Notes: generated by a model not told the origin, from the letters alone. A DNA stretch of 64,000 bases from Blasia pusilla (GCA_050084515.1 CM114271.1:9858001-9922000); one strand, 5' to 3'. Numbered from the stretch's first letter, positions 14,622 through 28,449 are shown. Numbers and translations: made by a program.

Positions 14622-15648
14622 TGTCGCGACCCTCATAACCAAACAACACCAAATACGCGCCAAGCGAAACATCAGAACTCAAAGGAACTCACGCCGCGAG
14701 GTTTGCGCTTTGGAGAGGTGTTTGGAAGAGTCTCTTGGAAAAGTCTAAGAGACGAAACGTGGAACATAGTTGTGCGTTTCATGCATTAGTGGTCGCGACC
14801 AGGAAACCTAGACCAAACGCGAGCCGAGACTTGAGAAGAGTTGAGTCTCGGAGGTTGGTTGCCAAGGAGGTGAGAACCAGTTTGGAACACGGCTAGCGTT
14901 TGGGAGAATCTGACTGTGTTTAGGACCATAACGTTGAGCTCCGAGATGCGTTCGGGACAAGTAAGGGCGCGTTGGAAAGCTGATCTTGAGACGCTTCCAA
15001 CGCACCAAAGATCTCAGCAAACGCATAAGTACAGGCTGAGATATTGGCCGAAAACGATTCAGAGAGCAATCGGGTTGAGGGCCAATTGGAGGGGCCCGGG
15101 TGTCTTTCCCTAAATGTAGGGGCCCCACGGAGATCCCCAGAAGTACTAGTAAGGGGAGTACCTTCTCTGAGATGTCTCGGGAAACGAAACCCCACTTTGG
15201 GCGCCAAACGGCGTTTGAGGCACGGATGAAACGGGAGTTTGGCGCGAAACCCAAACCCAAACCTGATCCAAGGGAGTGGACTTTGTACGCCACACTTGGA
15301 TTCCAACCGAGATTCACGTGCGAGTCTTGGTGAGGAACTCATTGGATGTTCATCGGACAGTTGGAACCGCTAGGCGCGAAACGCCGTTTGAGTTCCCTGA
15401 ACCGACGAAAGAAAGTCTGGTCCCAAGTCTTTCGAGACTTGCCCGTGTTGGAAACCGCGAAACTAGGAAGGTTGAGCTTGAAGAGAGAGTCTGAGACGAG
15501 AACTCGGAAAGTAATCCCGCTGATTGATCCAAGACCCGACTAACCGAAGTGCGTGTTTGGATGCAGATCAGCGTTGAGAGCGTGACCTACTGAACGCACG
15601 CTTCCGCAACAAACAAGATTAACGTTCAAGGAGAGTAGGCGCACGACA
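14622..15648 (+). repeat. 3' LTR of gypsy element 1
   Basis: Copy of 8239-9269, preceded by the purine tract AAGGAGGGGTGAG. Confidence 0.96.
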
Positions 15649-17116
15649 GTTTAGTAGGACACACTCTTATTGTTGATCTATACCCAAACACAGTCACATT
15701 AGTAGGGTCTGGGTCAATCAACCTTCCAACTTACTGAGTTCTGAACTCGGTACCTTGTCAAGCTTAACCTTCCTAGTTCCTCACTTCCCAACACAAAAAA
15801 GTCTTAGGATAGACTTTTTGGTTGGTCTAGGCATCTAAAATGGCATTTGCATGCCTAGCGGTCCCAACTATCCAATGGATATCGCAGAAGATCCAAACCG
15901 AGACCCAACTAAATGAGTTACGAGTTGGAATCCAATAGGGAGCTCCAAAATCCACCTATAATATTGGACTTGGTTCGGGTTTTGAGTCCCAATGCCAAAC
16001 TCCTAATCCATTCCGTGCCCTTGGGTCACCCCGCGGCGCCTCAAAGTGGGGTTTAAGTCCCAAGCATTCTCGCAGACCTTCCCCCTTACTATTACTTTTG
16101 GGGTTCCCCGCTCTCCCCTTATCTTTGGGGAAGAGACGTTCGGGCCCCTCTTTTTGGCCCTCAACCCACTCAAACGCTTGAACCACGAACAAACCGTGGT
16201 GCGTGTTATTGAAGATTGAGTTACAGTCAAGCTCATGAGACACCTGAACTGCTATATTTGGCACTCACAAGAAGTAGGGAAGCTTAATCTTGGTTAGTCA
16301 GTTAATCATGATTATCTTAACTAGAGTTAGTTAATCCCAATTAGTCTAACTCGAGACTATGGTTAAGGGTAGGGTTCCGCGACTACTAGCGATTCCAACT
16401 TCATGTTCTCGAGTTGCAGAAACCAATCCGAACTTAGGCAATCTTTCTGGATTCGCTGGGTTGCTTGTACATACCCTATATAATTGATAAGAGGACCAGC
16501 CTCCACTCATTCTCTCATTGCAAATTTTGTTCTCCATGGTGGTGTGTGTATGTGAGAGCCGTTTTCCACCAATTATGCTTGTTTAGCAGTTTTCCACATG
16601 GTATTAGAGCGGGAGGAGAACATCACTTGCAATTCTTAGTGTTTTAAGAGAGAAGAGAGGCAAGAGAAGGCACAATTTTAGTTTGGGAGAAGGAAAATTT
16701 ATTCAGATCTCAGTGGGTGCAGATTTCAGGTGGAGCTTTGATGGTGATAAAACTTTGGAGGCATTTTTTAGGGCTTTCCCGGTTGATTCAGCCGTCTGGG
16801 GTCCTCTTCGGCTAAAACGAAGCCAGAGAGTGGTCCAATTCATCTTGTAGAGCTCGTCTAGAGCTTTCCAACGCATCCAAAATCGCTCGATTTTGACACT
16901 GTGAGCTTCTACAGCAGCAAGTTCAGTGTACGAAAGTGCAATTAGTGAAGAAAAGTTGTGTAGTTTGTTCTCTACAAGCCAATTTCGACTAGTTCTTTCA
17001 TACAGTTGATCAATTTTCGCAAATTTCAGGTCAATTTATGTGTAGGAGTGGTCTATGCTTCAATTGGAGTAGTAGAAAGCTTGAAATTACATTTTTTGTG
17101 AGTAAAATCGTTTATC

Positions 17117-20100
17117 ATGGAGTATTCCTCAACAACAATCACAGGCGAGAAGCTAGACGAGCAAAATTATAATGTGTGGAAGTTTCGCATGAAAAAATTT
17201 CTCATGGGTCAAGAACTATGGGAGCTTGTCACAGGTGATAAGGTCAAGCCAGAAGATGAATCAACAGACTTGAATGTTTGCGCTTAGAACAAACGCGCAA
17301 GGCAAGTAATCCTCTACATTTCAACAACGATTAGTTTTCCAATAATAGGTCACATCCAAGATGTTGATATTTTGAAGGAGGCGTGGGATGCATTGGAAAA
17401 GCTGTTCCAGACATCTACAAAGGCCAGAAAGCTTCAATTGAAACAGCAATTGAACGAAGTGAGGAAAGGATCGCAGAGCATCAGTGATTATATTTTGAGT
17501 ATCAGACATATTGTTGATCAGTTGAATAACATTGGAGTGACAGGAGAAGATGATGATATGATTTTATTCACTCTTCAAGGCCTTCCAAAGGATTACAAGT
17601 CCTTTGTGACCTCTATCTCTGTGAGAGATAAGTATCCAACCTTTCAAGAGTTAGTTCCTCTGTTGATCAGTGAAGAGATGCGTCTAGTAGGCAACGGTAG
17701 CTCATCTAGTATGCAAGAGAGTGCGCTATTTGCAAGTTATGGATCAAACAGAGGCAAGGGTCGTGGCAGAAACTTTGGTGGTCGTGGTGGATATCAAGCA
17801 TATGGAGGAAGAGACACTCAATATAACGTCACTCAATCAACTACGAACCAGTACCAGACACAATCACATGGTGGTGATGGTGGAAACCGTTGGAATCGAG
17901 GTCAGCAGCAGAGGGTCCCTGGATCTTGCAATTACTGTGGGATAAAGGGTCACTATGCAAAGTTTTGCTTCAAGAAGAAGGCAAATATGAGAACAAGAGC
18001 CTTACAACAACAAAACTATGTGGAGCAACAACACCAAGAGCAGTACCAAGAACATCAACATTCACAAACGGAGCATCTCTTGGTTATGATTCATCATATG
18101 AGAGCAATGGTCAAGAAAGACTCGACAATAGATTGGTATATTGACTTCAGTGCATCAAATCACATGACCTCACAAGCGAAATGGTTCAGTAGTTTGGAAC
18201 CGGTGAAAGATCCTGCAATTGTGCTTACAGGAGATGACACTCAACATCATATCACGCATACCGGTAAAGTTCCAATAGCATCAGATGGTCTTTGTGCTCT
18301 TGGAAATGTTCTCTATATTCCTACCATTGCAAGAAATTTGATCTCTATAGCACAGATAATAGAACATGGTTATCAAGTGAAGTTTAACGCAGATGGTTGT
18401 TCCATTGAAACAATAGATGACTAGACTACGATAGCCAAAGGAACTAGATCTGGAAGAATATTCAAATTAGATATTTCTATGCCAGAGATTCAAACAACAA
18501 TGTATGGTCAAAACGACCAACAAGTCATAGATCTAAATGTGTGGCATAAAAGAATTGGACATATGAATCTTCAAAGATTACAGAGTCTTTCATCATCTAA
18601 CATAGTAATAGGACTTCCTAAATTAGCGAGTCCTGTTACGTTAGAGGTATGTCCTGCTTGCTAATTTGGAAAACAAGCTAGATTTCCTCTTCCAAAGCAA
18701 GGTAGAAGAGCATCCAAGATATTGGAGTTGATCCACAATGATGTGTGGATAGCATCACAACATAGCCTTAGTGGTTGCCAGTACTTTGTTTCATTTATTG
18801 ATCACTTCTCTAGGTATATATGGATATACTTTCTGAAAGCCAAGTCAGAGGTATTCTTAGTGTTCCAAACATTCAGAGTTCTAGTAGAGAAGCAAACTCG
18901 ACAACACATTCTGAAATTGCGTTGTTATGGAGGAGGAGAGTATCTTTCAACAGAGTTTGATGACTAGTTATGTCAGAATGGCATCCAACGTCAAGTGACT
19001 TGCCGTTACATTCCACAACAAAATAGAGTGGCTAAGAGGAAAAATCGACATATTGTTGAAGCGGCACGAGCTATACTCAATGAGAAGAACATGCCTAAGG
19101 TGTATTGGGCAGAGGCTGCAGCATGTGCACTCTTCTTAATCAACCGAACTCCAACACCAAGAGTTCATAATAAAACTCCATTCGAAGTCTTCATAGGAAG
19201 TAAACCTGATTTTTCCTTCTTGAAAGTATTTGGCTGTATCTGCTACGCTCAGGTTCCTTCTAAGAGACGTCAGAAATTAGACACCAAGTCTAAAAGATGT
19301 ATCTTCATTGGCTATGCTGATAGAACTAAGGGATATAAGTGCTATATTCCATGCTCTAGGCAACTTATTATTAGTCAGGATGTTGTCTTTGATGAGCTAA
19401 AGTCATGGTATGCTCCATCTGAGCCTATTCCACCTCTAAACTTGTCTGTTGAGGGGGGGAGAATATGACTATAAACCAACAGACATTGTCTTCAACTTCC
19501 CCAAGTACTAGTGCAGGATTAGGAGAGGTTCTAGATTCATCAGTTAAATCTGTGAGTCCATGGACGGGAAGAGTACATATTGAGTCTGTTGACACTAGTT
19601 AGAGTTCGAGTCACGTGTCAAAGGCATCTACCTCTGAACAACAACTTCGTAGATCAAGTAGAGTTAAACATCCAGTTCATAGATTTATAAATGAAGGTTT
19701 CCTTGCGACACATCATGCATATATGATGACTACCCTTGAAGAGTAGGAGCCGAGTTTTTTTGAAGAAGCTGCGAGTAAAGCCGAATGGATTGAAGCTATG
19801 GAGGAAGAGCTTGCTGCATTAAGACATCAACAAACATGGGAGCTGGTTGATATACCTTCCGGTAAGGAAGCTATTCGTTGTAAATGGATTTACAAAATCA
19901 AGCGCAATCAAGATGATACAATTAACAAATACAAAGCGAGATTGGTGGCTAAGGGCTATGCACAACAATATGATATTGATTATGAGGAAAAATTTAGCCG
20001 TGTTGCAAAGATGGCGACTATGAGAATAGTGGCTGCAGTTGCAATAAGTAAGAAGTGGAGATTACATCATATGGACGTCAAGAATGCCTTCTTGAATGGA

Positions 20101-20384
20101 GATCTATACGAGGAGGTGTATATGACTCAACCACCTGGATACGAGCATCCCAAGTTTCCATTTCGTGTATGCAGGTTGAAGAAAGCTCTATACGGGCTCA
20201 AACAAGCTCCAAGAGCTTGGTATGGCAAGATTACATACGTCCTACAAGAGTTGGGTTTCAGGGTATGTGATTCTGACTCCTCGTTATATGTCTTGAGAGA
20301 ATAAGATCATACAGTTCTCATTGTGTTGGATGTTGACGATCTCTTGATAACTGGGAGTATTGAAGAAATGGTACCACAAGTCCA
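17117..20384 (+). pseudogene. Copia polyprotein, 5' part (gag, zinc knuckle, protease, GAG-pre-integrase, integrase, RT to the DD motif), with in-frame stops
   Basis: KLDEQNYNVWKFRMK, CNYCGIKGHYAKFC, WYIDFSASNHMT, WHKRIGH, ELIHNDVW, YKARLVAKGY, MDVKNAFLNG, LKKALYGLKQAPRAW, DVDDLLITGS. Confidence 0.93.
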
Positions 20385-21019
20385 GGGCTGGTATTCCGGC
20401 AGGGCAGAGGAAGAGAGGAGAGGAAGAGAGGAAGAGAGGAGAGTCTCTCTTAAAAAAAAGGGCCAAATCCGCCTCCTCTCTTCAAACTTTTTTGACATAT
20501 TTGAAATTTTTGTTTGCTTTCAAATTCATGAAATCTTTAGAAAAAAAAATAGACATCATAAGACCACTACAAACATTTTTCCATCACTCTCCATGTGAGC
20601 CTAAGTTTCTTCACATTGCCTGTCTCACTCTACAGTAAGGTGTGCCCATGGGTATTTTTGTTGGAGGACCATTGGCAAATAATTTGACCGGAAGTAGCAA
20701 TCTCATCTCAATGAAAGGTTCAAATAAAGACCAACTTTGTGAAATGTGAACACAGGAGACGATAATTAAACCAAAATATTGTTAGTTGTGTGGAGTAAAG
20801 AGGAACTGATGTCCCTTCATTCAGATCCTAAATCTGATAAACCGAGAAGCTACATCCCTCCCAACCCCTCGGAATTTAACAGGTTCCAACTCTTGCAACC
20901 CATCAGAATCATATGGCTTGCATCCTTTGCAAGCAAGCTCACCATAACAAAGGAAAGATTTTGAGAAGTGATTCCATTCCACCCTGCACCCGAAAATCCA
21001 ACTGTTTGGGAATCCGAAA

Positions 21020-22150
21020 TGGCAATCCGATAGGTTATAGGAATCCAACACGTCTTAGAGAAGAAAATAAGCCTAAGACTGGTTTGACAATACTAGGGGA
21101 ACGAGCCGAAAGTGAAGAAACCCGCCACAATGCCTCAGAATTTGGTCTCCCAGGGAAAGAGTCCGATCACTCAAGCAGCCAACCTGTCGGAATCCGATAG
21201 CTTGCCTGGAAAGGGTCAAGTTGCAGTGGTCAAAAAGTGAAAAGTTGCAACTTGTCGGAATCAGACGGGTTGCAAAATAAACATTCTGAGTAGCTAGACA
21301 AACACAATCGACAAGTCCAAAAAAAATATTCAGCAAACTTTTAAAACACCATTATCGTTTGAAAAAATCTCGTCCGTTATTACATCCGAAGGAAGCTCGG
21401 AAATGTACATTTGATCTAGTCTATGATTTCTTCAGCCTCGTCATCTACAAATTCACTCCTAACTCTCCTAAAGTCCTCTACAAAAGGAATGTCCTGGGAT
21501 ACAAGTGGATCCTCTGGCCGATTGTAGACGGGGATCAAAATGTTGGCGAATTGAAGATCCTTGGCCGCCCCCTAGGTACACCATAACGGTCCCATGTAAC
21601 ATGATTTGAGTCCCACCGCCTTCCTTGGCAGTATATCTTGTACGCTCTGCAATGTGACACCCATCCAGTATAAATATGTGCTCAGTCCTTGGAAATACCA
21701 TGATGGCAATCCAACAAGTAGTAGGAATCCAACAGGTCTTAGAGAAGAGAAGAAGCCTACGCCTTGTTTGACGATACTAGGGGAAGGTGCCAAAGTGAAG
21801 AAGCCCGCCAGAATGCCTCTAAAGTTGGACCAACAGGGAAAGAGTCCGATCACTCACGCAGCCAACCTGTCAGAATCCGACAGGTTGCTTGGAAGTGGTT
21901 AAAAAGGTGTAGTGGTCAAAAAGTGAAAAGTTGCAAGCCGTGGAAATCTGACGGGTTGCAAAATAGAAGTCCTCGGAGTACATAGACCATCACATTCGAC
22001 ATGACCAAAAAAGATATTCAGCAAACTTTTACAAACACCATCATCGTTCAAAAAAATCTTGTCTTATATTACATCCGAAAGAAGCTCAGAACTGTACATT
22101 TGATCTATTCTATGAATTATTTTGCCTCGTCATCAAATAAATCCCTACTC
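21020..22150. repeat. Subterminal direct duplication (~450-bp units, ~685 bp apart) in arm A, mirrored at ~39190-40310 in arm B
   Basis: ggcaatcc...aggaatccaac..gtcttagagaaga...gagtccgatcactca...tattcagcaaacttt...tacatttgatcta occurs at ~21020 and ~21705. Confidence 0.75.
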
Positions 22151-22197
22151 CAAACGCTGCAGTCAAGCTGGGTCCTTGAGTTCTTTGAACTCACTCG

Positions 22198-25100
22198 TCA
22201 TCGTTCGAGAGCTCTTCCAGAATTACTGTCGGCCTTGCCCTCCCAATTTTTCGGAATCGTGGGAAGTGACGATGGTATCACTACCAATGGTGGGTCTGGA
22301 ACCGGAGCTCTTGGCTTTGGAGAAGAGTTGTACGCCCCAACTAGCCTGTCCTAATCTGCCTTTGCCTCTTTGCAAAGATCAAACAGTTGCTGCCTTCCCT
22401 CAAGGCAGAGAATGTTCCTGCCACTCTACCAGGCGCCTCTGATGCTCGCCCCTGAAAGGCCCACTAAGTCAAACACCAAGTCACTCGGCCTTGAGCAGAG
22501 CTCGATGAGCGTTTGCATCAGGGCTGGCGACTTTTCCCTTCCTCTAAGTAAGGGGGTACCGTCTTGCATGTAAATTCCCAAGGGGGAATTGTATAAACTA
22601 TCTAAGCTGTACCCATCGAAGCATGGATCCACAGGATCCAAGATCTTAAACACCTGGAAGTTGTGCTCGGGCTGAACAAAGCAGTGAACATAGGAGTGGT
22701 CCATCTGTAAAGAAGCACGTTGGAAACAATGTCAGCAACAAGAAAGAGCTACTTGACCACTGGTCTACTCTCAGTATGGTGACATAATGTGCAACATGTC
22801 CCCAAAGAACTTTGCTTAATCCCAGAGAACTTCGTTACAATCCTAACATTGGAGCAACCTGTCGGAGTCCGACGGGTTATTTTACAAGTGTCTTGTGACT
22901 TTTTTGTCCATGAGCAACCCGTCGGAAGGCGACAAGTTGCTGGCTTAGAGCAGCCCATGGTTGGCTAAGTGCAACCTGTCGCTTTCAGACCGGTTGCAAC
23001 ATTCCAGAAACACAAGGAAAAAGCATAAGCACTTGCAACCCGTCGGGTTCCGACAGGTTGCATTCATCCAATGGAGACTTATGGTAAATTTGCAACCCGT
23101 CGCTTTCAGACGAATTACACCACCGAAGTCTCCAGCTCGAACAATCTGACGGGTTGCATGTAGAGATGGAACCCGTCGGAGAAAGACAATTTGGATATGG
23201 ATTTAGAGGCCTTACCCGAATTTGACTCGTCGCAGATCGGAGTGGGTACTCGTTCTTGATGACCCACGATTGCACCGTCCTCCACTTCAGCGACCTCTTG
23301 ACGCACTGCAGGTTGAAGAGCTCGTCCTTGCTCCCTCCAGTCAAAACTAAGAAACAGCCCCTGTCATTGAGATAAGCGTTTGCAAAGTAAAACAGGAGCG
23401 CGATCTGGTCATAAGAAAGAGGGACATTCCAGTATAGGACCCCGTCGGACGGATTCTCGTCCCACAAGCGCAACCTTGAGGGCAAATCAGCGATGAGGAG
23501 ATCCACCGCCACCTCTTCGACCTCCCCATGGACCGTCGAGGGAGTGTGCCCGTTTCGTTGAAGCTTCCATCCCAGCGTTGTCAATTTCTCGATGGCGGGT
23601 GTCGACGCTTGTGAACTGAAACTTTTTAGCTCATCCAGAAGATTACTGCATTGAATGATGACGCTTGTCCGGGTCGTTGTTTCTCTATGTCTTCCCAAGG
23701 ATGATGGAGTGTATTCCGCATCATGGTCTGCTCCTTGGGACAACCCTGGCGCCTCTCGCTTCCGCTTCTTCCGAGTCTGCGGTCGGCTTGTTGGGGTCTC
23801 TATTACCTCAGACTCTGGTGGAGATTTTTTTTGCGGAGAACCTGGTCTGACCCTCTCTCCCTGCTTGCCCGGACGATTTCGGCCCTCGCCTTGAATTCTC
23901 AGCCTCTCTTTGGGAAGACTCGGCCTCGGAATTCTTCGATCCCCTCGCCTTGGCTTTGAGACCCGTTGTAGATTTGTCCTTGCGATGACAACCTTGGACA
24001 CCAACTCCGTTGTCTCGAGGGCTTGCTCCTCCGCATCTCCTTCCAAAAAGTCTTCAGCCTGCACGAAATTGGGGATGCCGTCCCTACCAGCGGTCACTGC
24101 ATCATAGAGCAGGCGTAGATTTTTCTCGGTTATTTCTTCAGGGTTGTTGAAGTCCAGCCAGATCAGGCAATTCTCCACCTCCCAGTTGGACATGCTTTGA
24201 GCCATCTCCATGTCGTACATGGAAAATCTCTCTCCATCAGGCGGAGAATCCCACAGTTTGCAGGCTGTCGGTATTTTTTGCCATGTACCTACATTCTTAC
24301 AATGGACGAGATACCTGAACACCATCCGTTGGGCAGCTCTTAGTTGAGATGCATCGACCGCCTGCTCTTGAAGATCTCGATTCTTCTTTGCAAAATCCCT
24401 TTTCTTCGCCTCTATTTCTTCATCAAGGTTTGCTTGAGGGAGGATGCGATCCTTGAACATCGTCTTGAAGCCTGGGTTTTTTATAGGCTTGTCCCACATG
24501 TCATCCAGCCAAAGTTCAAAATCTTCAACACTCTCCAGGTTTGTTTCCTCCGGAACTGGCTCTATTCTTTTCAGCTCGGCTTGGAGATCCACGAGCATGG
24601 ACTTCCCGAGAAGCCGCAACGCGTCCCAGAATGACCATTCACGGAGCCAATGGGAGATCACTGGATCAGAGACACCCGGAGGATGGTGTGCCACCCTCTT
24701 TTGAGCCTCTATGCCCTCGAGACTGATTTTCATAAGTCGGATTCTCCTAAATTCCGAAATTCCGGACAAGGCAAATCGATGGACGCGGTCGAGAGACACT
24801 TTCTCCCCAATCTGACTCTGCGGATCTTCATCCCTCTTCCGCTGGTGCTTGATTATCGTCTTCATCTCCTTGTAGAAATTGGGGCCAAGTTCGGGGTTGA
24901 GAATGGCGATGTAGCGCTGCATCTTGTTTGCCGTGTTCTTCATAGCTGCAGATACTACAATTTGGATGAATTTAGCACGCTCAGACAGAGCCACTTTCTC
25001 CCTCCGCTCCAGCTCCAATGCAACACTCTTCTTGGCGGCTTGTATCTTCGACCAACAAAGGATTGTCACGGTTGCATCTTGGGAAATAAATGTATTTGCC

Positions 25101-27096
25101 CAAGTCTTTTTTTAGTTATTTGAGCACCCTTTGCCAGCATCTCATTTACAAGGGCGTCGCCCAAGAACCCCTTGTACTCTGCCGGATGCGTCGTTAGCAC
25201 TTTCTTCACCCGATCGCAATCTTGGATCCAGTGGTGGGTGACATTCCCCTCCGATACAATCCTGCACGTCCAAACTCAATATCAAAATTTTTGCAAGCTA
25301 CATGGGTTCCTGCAACCCGTTGGACTCCGATAGGTTGTCACAGCTCATGGCCGGAATGTTAGCTATGGGCTAAATTTTGCAACCCATCAGAGTCTGACGG
25401 ATTGCATTAAGATTTGTGATTGCCTGGTTTCAACCCATCGGACTCCGACGGGTTGTCAGATAATTTGTATTTAGAGAGTTGTCTCCGCAAGAAAAGTGAA
25501 CATATCAACCCGTCAGAGTCTCACAAGTTGCGCAATTTCAATTAAAGCTGCAATTTGACTCCAAAAATCTAACTCCCTTACTCCGATTACCTTCTCGTGT
25601 TGGCAAATGCAACCTTTCGGACTCGGACGAGTTGCTTTCGGCCAAAAATATCCTAAACCAATGGTTTGTCGAACAACTCGTCGGACTCCGACAAGTTGCT
25701 TTCAGCCAAAAACATCCTAAAACAGCGGCCAGTTGAGCAACTCCTCGGACTCCAACGAGTTGCTTTCGGCCAAAAAATCCTAAAATAGCGGCCAGTCGAG
25801 CAACTCGTCGGACTCCGACGAGTTGCTTTCAACCAAAAACATGCCAAAAATAGTGGCGAGTCAAACAAGTTGTCGGAGTCCGACGGTTTGCGGCAAGAGG
25901 AAACTTACCTGTTCATGGCATGCATTGCCATCTCCACCGTCGCCATGTGAAGAGGGTATGGATTTAGCACGACTGCCTTCACGCAAAAATGCGCCTCCAA
26001 TTAGTTTGGGCGCTCCTCTGCAAACTAGGTCCACGCCATGAACCTGTGGTTTCCATCCCAGATGAAGAAATACAGGTTCCGCATCCAACTTAATCGCCCT
26101 TCTGAATTCCTGACCTCTCATCCTCCAGAATGTGTCGAGCGCTTCCAAGTCCTCCTTCGTAACCAGCGCTTGGGTTCCATGTTCATCGTAAGGCTCAACA
26201 TAGAACGGAGGGAAGCTGTCGACGTAGGATGCTGTCGCTGCCGATTGTTTTAGCTTCGCAATATCCTCGTCAGACTAAATTTCGCGGACGTACTCCATTG
26301 TCCGCAATCGGCAAAGTGGAATTCTCGGGGCGTTCTGGCCCTCCATCAGTACCATCTGCTTTACCACCTGTCACAACCGGGAAAAGGTCAATAAACTACA
26401 CTGAATTGCCAATGAATTGCAACATGGCCCTTCACATAACTCAAAGATCCAAGATCGTTTCTTACTCGCTCAAAGATTGGGTCGGTGTCTTGGCCAGCCA
26501 ACTGCTGTGGGACAGCAGATGGCAAGTCCACTCGAAACTCGTCGATCCGATAGAGGTCGATTTCTTCCGTCGGGATAAGAGACGAGGAAGATCGCTCTCC
26601 TGCTTCTTCAGCGATGTCCACCATCTCCACGCTGGCGGTCCTCATGACCTCATCGTCCGTCACTCGAACTTCGTCCGTTTCCGCTATATTGATTGTATCC
26701 CTGGACTTCATCGGGGACATTTCCTGCATCTCAACACTTTCGGTTGGATGGGCCGGGCTTTCTTCAATGGCAATCGCTTTTTCCCTTTGAGCTTTTGCCA
26801 ATTCTGCTCTCCTCACCGACGCGTCCAGACGCTTCTTCTCACGCTTTTCATCGGCGATCCTTTTCTTCAAGGCCTGCGACGCCTTAGCCTCTGCGTTCTG
26901 TTTTTTGAACGTCTCCTTAACACGTTTTGCAAGAAGCTCCTGCTTGTGCATCTCCGCTTCCCTTTCCCGCTCCTTGATTTCTTGCTACTTTATCTCATTG
27001 GCCGAACGAGGCCCTGGAGACGGTGACGCAAGAGTCCTCCCACCCTAGGGGAGTGAAGCTCCCAACCTTGCTTGCTTGATTTTTTTTCCTCGTCAT
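22198..27096 (-). pseudogene. Arm A ParB/Srx-like + N4/N6 DNA-methyltransferase-like fusion gene; exons ~27096-26466, 26367-25909, 25261-23216, 22704-22198
   Basis: GT-AG introns at the same positions as in arm B. Exon 2 contains LYFFIWDGNHRFMAW. Exon 3 ends with VAVDLLIADLPS...WNVP...YLNDRGCFLVL. Exon 4 has EKSPALMQTLIELCSRPSDLVFDLVGLSGASIRGAW*SGRNILCLE. A few frameshifts and stops are present. Confidence 0.72.
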
Positions 27097-27503
27097 TGTT
27101 CCCAAAAATGCCTCCTATGGACAAGGAAATTTCTTTCTGTGCATGATCCGTCGCCTTGATGAGTCGCCTTGCTGATGTCACGATGAGTCGGCTTGATGAG
27201 TAGCTCGAATCGTCTCGCGATCCTTTGCTCGAATCGTCTCACGATGAGTCGCGGTGTAAAGCGCCCCTTGGTATCTGGTCAGCCGCTGTGGGGAAGAGCA
27301 ATTGAGATCGCGAAACAAAAAACCGGAAATGAGCGAACCCTCGGCTATTTATACTTTTCAAGCCGTTGGGCTGACCGTTGGGTCGCATCGTCATTCCGAC
27401 GGTGACGTGTCGGCCGTTATGGAAGTCTGGACGTGAAAAACACCAACCCGACGGCTCTGACGGGTTGCACTCTTTCCGTGGGTTCCAGGCATCCGTCCTC
27501 CTA

Positions 27504-27931
27504 GCAACCCGTCGGAAATCGACAGGTTGCGCGCCTCCGCCATCTTTGGGCAAGAACGCGGGCTACCAGCGGAACTCGTCAGAGGCCAACAGGTTGCACG
27601 CTTCCTTCATGCAAGTGTTACAAGGCGAGGCACTTGCGCAACCCGTCTGAGGCCGACGGGTTGCGCGCCTCCGCCGTCTTTGGGCAAGAAAGCGGGGCAC
27701 CCGCGCAACTCGTCGGAGGCCGACGGGTTGCACGCTTCCTTCATGTAAGCGTTACAAGGCGAGGCACGTGCGCAACCCGTCTGAGGCGGACGGGTTGCGC
27801 GCCTCCGCTGTCTTTGGGCAAGAAGGCGCGGTACCCGCGCAACTCGTCGGAGGCCGACGGGTTGCACGCTTTGCTTATCTTGGGGTAATAGGCAAGGTAC
27901 CAAGGCAACCCGTCGGTTAGTGACAGGTTGC
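27504..27931. repeat. Phased array of the 27-bp palindrome, 67-bp period (arm A intergenic region)
   Basis: Motif starts at 27504, 27571, 27638, 27705, 27772, 27839 and 27905. Confidence 0.9.
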
Positions 27932-28449
27932 ACGCTTTTCTATCCCTCGGGTAACAATGCGACAACGCATAGTTCTGAGGCAACCCTTAGCAATCCGATG
28001 GGTCACAACATCTACTCTGAGTTGGACAATCCTCCAAAAGTCCCCAACGATTGGTTGCCTTTGCAAATGCAAGTGATGTCTCGTGTTTGATGCTAGCAAA
28101 ATCGACTCAAAAGACCATTGGTCGGCAAGAAGGGGGTACCAACCCATCGGACTCCGACCGGTTCCAACTTGCATTGGGACACGGAAACAAAAAAATAGAA
28201 GTGGGTGATTCCATGCAACCCACGTCTCTGATTCCCAAATTCTGCAACCCATCGGACTCTGTCAGGTTGCAACAGAATTGAATCCATCATGTTAGACATT
28301 TTCACCTACAAAACTTCATCTTGTCAATCAAATTCTGTCAGGAGAATCTGAGTCCCTATTCACTATAAATTAAACATCCTCATTCTCATTCCTAATCCCA
28401 TTTTTATCCTCATTCTTATTCTCAGTCCTCCCAATGGAATCTTCTGGGA

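Larger units (their letters stand above)
8239..15648 (+). mobile_element. Full-length Ty3/gypsy LTR retrotransposon with integrase chromodomain (chromovirus-type)
   Basis: Two ~1.03-kb TG...CA LTRs. 5-bp TSD GTTTA at 8234-8238 and 15649-15653. PBS TGGTATCAGAGC at 9272-9283, PPT at 14609-14621, and domain order gag-PR-RT-RH-IN-chromo. Confidence 0.97.
8181..16170 (-). mobile_element. Old partial gypsy LTR in antisense orientation (8181-8238 plus 15654-~16170), split by the younger element of the same family
   Basis: 8181-8229 (tgtcgtgcgcctactcctcttgaac...gtggaagc) is the diverged reverse complement of the LTR 3' end. Similarity resumes right after the TSD at 15654 (gtaggacacactc...aagcttaaccttcctag...ggccctcaaccc). 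Confidence 0.8.
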
